Virus record (IMG/VR): IMGVR_UViG_3300025038_000006
From: an uncultured virus (IMG/VR IMGVR_UViG_3300025038_000006)
Lineage: Duplodnaviria > Heunggongvirae > Uroviricota > Caudoviricetes
Direction: 5' to 3' (one strand)
DNA length: 31,993 nucleotides
Shown: positions 28,801-31,993 of the stretch, piece after piece
Layout: each line of letters begins with the position of its first letter
Numbering within the stretch: position 1 is the stretch's first letter
Notes under the pieces: model-generated
The model's input: only the letters and a program-made list of their open reading frames with translations
Database searches by the model: none
Told to the model about the DNA's origin: nothing
Position numbers and translations under genes: made by a program

Positions 28801-30674
28801 ACATCATTAACTTCTACGCGCGAGTGGGGAATATCAGTAATGTCAACGTCGGCAACACACTTATCAGCATCGACACCAAGGGCTTCAAAGCCACCGCCTG
28901 TCGCTCCAGTAACCGTAATGACCACATTCTCTAAGCCTTCGTCTAATAAATCAGTAAGCGTTTCAATATTAAGATTGACTGAACTTGCGCCTGCTGGAAT
29001 AGTGACTGTGGTACTTACTGTAGTGTAGTCATCACCATTGATTGCCGTACCTGTGTACTCAACTGTAACGGTCACTTCAGTGGCAGCTACGATTAAATTA
29101 CCTGTTTCATCACGTAGCTCAATCGGGAAAATTGCTGGGTCACCTTCATTCACAGCATCATAGTTATCGACGATAGATACTTCGACTAAGTCAGGGTATT
29201 GTTCTTCATCGGTAATCGTACCGATACCGTTATGATCTAATGTGGCATTAACAGGGCTACTTAAGACAACATTAAAAGTTTCGTCTTCTTCATCGTAAAC
29301 ATCATCTAAAATAGGCACTTCGATAGTCTGAGTGGTCTCGCCTGGTACGAAAGTTACTGTTCCGCTTAGTCCGGTATAGTCTGCACCATTGATTGCTGTA
29401 CCATCATCGGTATTAAAACTAACTTCTACTGTTTCCGTACTCGGATGTGACAAAGTAACTGTAAATGTGGCAACAACGTCTTCTCCCATGAGACTTTCAC
29501 TCACAGTGACATCATCAACACTAATACTTGGCATCATGTCTTTGTCTATAATGACTGTATTTACCGTATCGTCATTACCAAGTTCCGCACTACCTGTTAC
29601 CCCAGTAATAACCACATTGTAATTTTCATCGCCTTCATAGACGCCGTCATCATTGATACCTACTTCAACCACAACACTCAATTGACCTGCGGGTATGGTG
29701 ACTGTGGCAGTGGTAGCACCGGTGAAGTCGTTACTATCTGTGGTTTGATTTTGAACTTCATAGGTAACCACAGTATCGGTATCAGAAGCCTTATCTAAAC
29801 TAATGGTATAAGTGGCAGGGCCATTGTTTTCATTAACACTGCTATCTCCAGATAAAGAAACGATAGCAGGAGACTCTACAACCGCTGAGTCACTGCTGGT
29901 TTCTGAGGCATTTTCTAGGTAGTCAACAACCTGGGCTTTTACTTCGATAGTTTCGCCGTTAGCAGGTGCTGGATATTCTAATACCAAGCCGTTGTCTTTA
30001 ATATCTTGGGTAATAACAATCATATCCATAGACCCATCAGGGTTTGTTACTATTAAAGTATCACCAACCTGTGTTTTTTCATGGACTTCGATTAAGACAC
30101 CCACTGTTCCGTCCAACTCGCCTGCTGAAATTATGCCATCATTATTGGCATCCTCAGTAATGGTCACAACTGGAGGATTAACGGGAGGAGTAGGAGGAGG
30201 AGGAGGAGAATCATCAGAGCTGCCAATTGAAGCAATACCTAATGCGGCTAAAACAGGCAGTCCGCCTATCCACCATGGCTGTACGAATTCTTCACCACCC
30301 AGTGCATTGCCTTGTACCGCACCATTTTGAAGTTGGGTCACAAAATCAGTTTGTTCAGCACTATCAGGAATGTAATAGTAAGGTTCACCCTCTTTTGACG
30401 CACCTATAAGCGCACTATTATTATTGGCAGCATTTTCTGTATAAAAGTCTTTGATAATAAGATCGTCTTCTGCACCGGTACGCTCAAAGGAAACCTTTAA
30501 ATCGTTATCGACGCGCCGAGTGATAATATGGTCTGGGCCATATCCTTTGGCGTTATCAAAAAACTCATAGTTAGCATTCTTCGTAGCATTAATAACTGTT
30601 GGTCCGTTACCTGAAAGAGTATGTTTTGCAATTACTCCGCTTGAATCTACTGTTGTTACAATGATATTTTTCAT
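19806..30674 (-). CDS. Giant T1SS-secreted repetitive adhesin (Bap/Lap-like; Calx-beta/Ig repeats, VCBS-like, vWA, RTX)
   Basis: 3622 aa, very acidic; Bap-prefix-like N terminus; Calx-beta motifs (FTVTL...V.YAT.D.TA..G.DY...GTLTF..G...I.VPI.DD); vWA MIDAS LDTSGSM, GGTNY, FLTDGEP; RTX nonapeptides GMDGNDILQGKSGNDVLTGGLGEDTF; C-terminal DIITDF...LNLSDLL. Confidence 0.93.
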   Translation of the reverse strand: MKNIIVTTVDSSGVIAKHTLSGNGPTVINATKNANYEFFDNAKGYGPDHIITRRVDNDLKVSFERTGAEDDLIIKDFYTENAANNNSALIGASKEGEPYYYIPDSAEQTDFVTQLQNGAVQGNALGGEEFVQPWWIGGLPVLAALGIASIGSSDDSPPPPPTPPVNPPVVTITEDANNDGIISAGELDGTVGVLIEVHEKTQVGDTLIVTNPDGSMDMIVITQDIKDNGLVLEYPAPANGETIEVKAQVVDYLENASETSSDSAVVESPAIVSLSGDSSVNENNGPATYTISLDKASDTDTVVTYEVQNQTTDSNDFTGATTATVTIPAGQLSVVVEVGINDDGVYEGDENYNVVITGVTGSAELGNDDTVNTVIIDKDMMPSISVDDVTVSESLMGEDVVATFTVTLSHPSTETVEVSFNTDDGTAINGADYTGLSGTVTFVPGETTQTIEVPILDDVYDEEDETFNVVLSSPVNATLDHNGIGTITDEEQYPDLVEVSIVDNYDAVNEGDPAIFPIELRDETGNLIVAATEVTVTVEYTGTAINGDDYTTVSTTVTIPAGASSVNLNIETLTDLLDEGLENVVITVTGATGGGFEALGVDADKCVADVDITDIPHSRVEVNDVIVDEDAGYAEFTVTLTGGIPTADVSVDYATGDVTALNGPDYTGITGTLTFAAGTTVFTQTVQVPIIDDVYAEPYETYDMTLSNSVNATISHSGIGTITDEEQLPDLVEVSIVDNYDAVNEGDTATFPIELRDEAGNLVIAATNVTVTVEYTGTAINGDDYTSVSTTVTILAGESSVNLDIETLTDLLDEDLENVVITVTDATGGGFEALGVDADKCVADVDIIDSSYTTIEIDDVTVDEDAGNAVFTVTLTGDAPTADVTVDYATGDVTALDASDYTGVTGTLVFPLGTLTQTITVPILDDNIAEVAETYSVTLSNAVNATILNSGVGTITDECHTDLDSVYVSIVDNVDSVYEGEVATFTVELRDADGNLNAAITDVTVDIHYSGVAIDGTDYIGVTSVTIPANSSSVDFDITTLDDYIAEGSEIVNIELNSVTGGGFEAIAVDPTKATADMNIVDDCCEAESVVVSILDFVTNVVEGGNGVFPIELHDQDGNPVSAITDTTVDIHYSGVGIDGTDFTGISTIVIPAGSQSNYLVLETIDDNFAEGSELVNIELFNVSGGGFEAIAVDPDHNTADMNIVDDCDSVFVSILDFTTDVIEASSGLFPIVLKDADGNAINAVTDITVNIEYSGVAIDGTDFTGIASVVIPAGAQSTNLILQTLDDNIAEGSEIVNIELTSVSGGGFEAIALDPVMYVADMNIVDDCNYPVTVSIFDDVDSIYEGELASFPIYLTNVDGDPQVALTDVTVTIEYTGSATNGNDYTGSFTVVIPAGASSVDLDIASLEDLLAEGDEIVDITISNPVGGGFEVIGVNPMADTANVTIKDSTIQITVEPSAAFEGDDLVHMVTLSNPSATDQTYSFSLTEGTATENVDYSTAVSFSDGVTFDAVTGEITVSAGVTSFTVTYPTIDDSYADDGEITTLTIGGSSATGTINDEYPPDLVEVSIVDNVDSIYEGTVDPDNIGSFPIELRDQNGDLITAATDVTVDVTYSGTADNGDDFTGVIQVTIPAGQSSVNLDLTVIDDLLAEDDEIVDITISNPVGGGFEAIGIDPDANTADMTIISDDYIQITVEPTAAFEGDDLVHMVTLSNPSMTDETYSFSLTEGTATENVDYSTAVSFSDGVTLDLVTGEITVPAGVTSFTVTYPTIDDSYADDGETTTLTIGGSSATGTINDEPIPDPVEVSIVDDYLGGDTGDINEGEMAIFPIELRDANGDLIVAATDVTVTVEYTGMAANGVDYTTVSTTVVILAGTSSVDLNIETLTDALNEDLEDVVITITEVTGGGFEAIAIDTDNDVADVTIIDAPYYSVEIDDVTVDEDAGFAEFTVTLAGDVPPTADVTVDYATGDVTAVDGSDYTGVTGTITFTAGTTVFTQTIQVPIIDDAYAELPETYDVILSNAVNATILNNGVGTIIDEPTPDTVSVSIVDNVGVIDESATSPDNVGSFEIEIRDQNGDLITAATDVTVDVTYSGTADNGDDFTGVIQVTIPAGQSSVNLDLTVIDDLLAEDDEIVDITISNPVGGGFEAIGIDPDANTADMTITSDDYIQIIVEPTAAFEGDDLVHMVTLSNPSMTDETYSFSLTEGTATENVDYSTAVSFSDGVTLDLVTGEITVPAGVTSFTVTYPTIDDSYADDGETTTLTIGGSSATGTINDEPIPDPVEVSIVDNVDSINEGAVDPDNIGIFPIELRDQNGDLITAATDVTVDVTYSGTADNGDDFTGVIQVTIPAGQSSVNLDLTVIDDLLAEDDEIIDITISNPVGGGFESIGVDSDANTADMTIISDDYIQITVEPTAAFEGDDLVHMVTLSNPSMTDETYSFSLTEGTATENVDYSTAVSFSDGVTLDLVTGEITVPAGVTSFTVTYPTIDDSYADDGETTTLTIGGSSATGTINDEPIPDPVEVSIVDNVDSINEGAVDPDNIGIFPIELRDQNGDLITAATDVTVDVTYSGTADNGDDFTGVIQVTIPAGQSSVNLDLTVIDDLLAEDDEIVDITISNPVGGGFESIGVDSDANTADMTIINDDYITDISIDSQSVNEEDGTMTFTVTLSGPAAVADVTVDYATADVTAVDGTDYTNTMGTLTFTPGILTQTITVPIIDDAVWEATETFDITLSNPSTNANILNSGIGTIVDNDLLAVDDSAAAVEAGGINNGSGSQDATGNVLTNDNPDQTDAIVTDIRVGGVEGSGTAGTLGTALVGTYGTLTVNADGTYVYEVNDDDATVQALNDGDSLTESFNYTMTDGTGSDIAVLEIVIKGSNDCAIPTVTPVTVSEEGLTEFDPIPDTTGNNDTTDSAVATGSISFTDVDNFDASDFSIDLAGPTDITVKGETVSWTWDDLTGQLTGQVVIEGDLLEVMTVDVGPITTDGSGGFVADYNTTLLHAIDHPSNDDEDQVDVQFEASVSDGTQSASTNFAVTVEDDRPAQSQSNIDIAAATSDSNITIILDTSGSMSTEISGGETRLDFAKAAIVKLLDGYDVAGDVKVQLITFAKEAQAQPQWMTIDELKASLPGITPGGGTNYDAALDVTMTSYDNAGGIFGANNYSYFLTDGEPTFGQGTVNDFDPGLNGTGAKGNINEDNGIQAQEETLWTTFLNANDIKSYAFAFGPDFDESTIELDPIAYDGQIGEQGATDLARIVTDLDELDDILIDTLPDVIDYGLVNGNLFGADEGHVLTFTLDGITYDYDGSDGSMVASSPSSDIYSYDQSTTTVIINTQAQGVMTLDFETGKYTYETQSLVVDYQEDITFTLIDDDGDSVESTQTIFVYSLSAKDDSVITNDTTGILELDQAVLVGNDNTSPNSEVTTTFDVNGGQTSGVDPVIYTTTDFSSVNSFDYTISENDVSSSALVSIEYQQGDTGTVQGTNASETLVGREGLDDVLLGMDGNDILQGKSGNDVLTGGLGEDTFIWTNNDIDGVSTPDLDIITDFEAGDKLNLSDLLQGETIGDAANLADYLNWDAVTEVLGVSADGNFSGGYSAAQSDLNIQIDNYAGDFNNLVDNHII
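22733..26323 (-). repeat. Near-identical 717-bp (239-aa) intragenic repeats
   Basis: Marker (a/g)tgatggtcatatc recurs at 22747, 23464, 24181 and 25618, with long near-identical flanks. Confidence 0.9.
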
Positions 30675-30766
30675 TTTCTTTCCCTGTTGAATTTGAACTG
30701 ATTTATGTTTGTTAGATAATTTCTTAAATTGGCCTGCTAAATCCTGTTCAACTAGGCCTTGTAATA

Positions 30767-31681
30767 TTATTTTTGTTGTATTACTGCGACTACTCTACGG
30801 TTCATCTGTCTTCCTTCTGCAGTTGCGTTTGAAGCAATTGGCCGTGATTCTCCATAGCCAACCGCTTGAATTCGAGCGGGACTGATTCCGTATTGATTAA
30901 TAAATACCTCTTTGACTGCCTGAGCACGACGTTTTGACAAAGCGATGTTGTAAGCATCACTTGCATTACTGTCGGTATGACCCTCGATAACTACAGTCGT
31001 ATCTGAATACTTCTGCATAAACTCGGCGGCAGTAGACAGGTCGCGTAGGTACTGAGGTTTAACCACTGATTTATCATTATCGAAAAGGACTTGAAGGTTT
31101 ATGGTGACTTTTTCTTCTAAAATAGGAGCACTAGGGGGCTGAGGCTTGGGTTGTGGACGAAGCGCACAGTTTGGAATAACTTTGCTTATTTGATGAGATT
31201 GATAGGTCATGCCAGCCATAGCAGCACGGGCTTGATCCTCAGAAACGCGTTTTGATTTTGCAACGCGGTTTTTATTCACGTTTATTTCGTAATATTGAGT
31301 CTCCTTATTTTTGAGAGTTGAAGTGTTATGTTTTAACAATAAGTCATTGGTATTTAGCTCAGAGGACCTGTTACTCAACCGGTTGTCCCCAATGCAGGAA
31401 TAAACTGTGGTAAAACTTCCAGGATGTAGGCTGACCTGATAATCATCGTTTATCGCGATATTGACCCCTGTCCTTGAGTCATCTTCATCCATAGGCCTAT
31501 AGAAGACCAGTCGGGTTGTGCCCTCAGGAGTTGGTGTATTTAAAATAGTATCTACATCGACAACTTTATTGGGATACCAAGCAACATTGTTTACTCTAAC
31601 CATTCCCTCTTCAGTAGCACATCCTTGCAACATAGAGGCTACCAATAAAGTGCCAATCCATCTTTTGGCTGATATTTTCAC
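30767..31681 (-). CDS. OmpA-domain lipoprotein
   Basis: GTG start after aaggag; lipobox LQGC; C-terminal OmpA/MotB domain VLFDNDKS...IEGHTD...YNIALSKRRA...GYGESRPIASNATAEGRQMNRRV. Confidence 0.92.
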   Translation of the reverse strand: MKISAKRWIGTLLVASMLQGCATEEGMVRVNNVAWYPNKVVDVDTILNTPTPEGTTRLVFYRPMDEDDSRTGVNIAINDDYQVSLHPGSFTTVYSCIGDNRLSNRSSELNTNDLLLKHNTSTLKNKETQYYEINVNKNRVAKSKRVSEDQARAAMAGMTYQSHQISKVIPNCALRPQPKPQPPSAPILEEKVTINLQVLFDNDKSVVKPQYLRDLSTAAEFMQKYSDTTVVIEGHTDSNASDAYNIALSKRRAQAVKEVFINQYGISPARIQAVGYGESRPIASNATAEGRQMNRRVVAVIQQK

Positions 31682-31993
31682 AACAAACTCCTTAATATTT
31701 GCAAGCGAAACGATTCAAACGAGAGAGCAAACAATTTTTTGTAAGGAATAACCCTTAAACTAGAGCGCTTCACTGATAGATCCTTTATCTTAAAAGCGAT
31801 CTCTGATTTGTTTTAATAGTTAGGACAACAGAGGTTAAGCATTCATTGCTGTTTTTTGCCCCTTTTCTACGCTTACTCTTCGTAATTAAGAGAGATAGTA
31901 AATTAAGCATGTCTTACGAAATTTATGCATAATTTCCATATCTTCCTACCAATAATACTTACCGGACTTATGTTAGGTAATGGTATAAAGCTA

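Noticed and set aside
30183..30208. (GGA)n tract as a phase-variation switch
   Set aside because: A trinucleotide repeat encoding a poly-Pro linker; length changes keep the frame
19969..30409. Many plus-strand ORFs opposite the giant adhesin
   Set aside because: Ser/Thr/Val-rich antisense shadows of a repetitive coding sequence; no RBS or domain features
31690..31993. c-di-GMP or other riboswitch upstream of the OmpA-adhesin locus
   Set aside because: No match to the conserved motifs I could check by eye; an Rfam scan would settle it

Overview
AT-rich gammaproteobacterial chromosome segment, most likely Moraxellaceae (Psychrobacter-like; inferred from gene content only). It has three parts. 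(1) 1-8480 is the end of a lambdoid-style prophage. It starts with accessory immunity-region cargo (a PD-(D/E)XK nuclease-like gene, a YdcA-like small secreted protein and a YqhA membrane protein). Next come a pL-like promoter with three operator-like sites and an early operon (AAA ATPase/SSB-like recombination pair, a candidate structured RNA, a MazG-like protein, an AlpA-like excisionase). It ends at an att site that reads as a tRNA 3' end. (2) 8590-12050 is a minus-strand accessory cluster. A DUF559/Vsr-like nuclease is joined through a coiled coil and one TM helix to a C-terminal OB fold, and this gene is split by one in-frame TAG. It is followed by a 2-TM coiled-coil protein, a secreted paralogous OB-fold protein and a 41-aa YHYH-type peptide; a frameshifted immunity-like gene lies upstream. 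This cluster is the best candidate for an undescribed system. (3) 12128-31681 holds an M14 carboxypeptidase, a hybrid histidine kinase and NarL/LuxR regulator, a 913-aa RTX-like beta-solenoid protein, a 3622-aa T1SS-type adhesin (Calx-beta/Ig, VCBS, vWA, RTX) and an OmpA-domain lipoprotein. All family assignments come from recognising motifs by eye, not from database searches.
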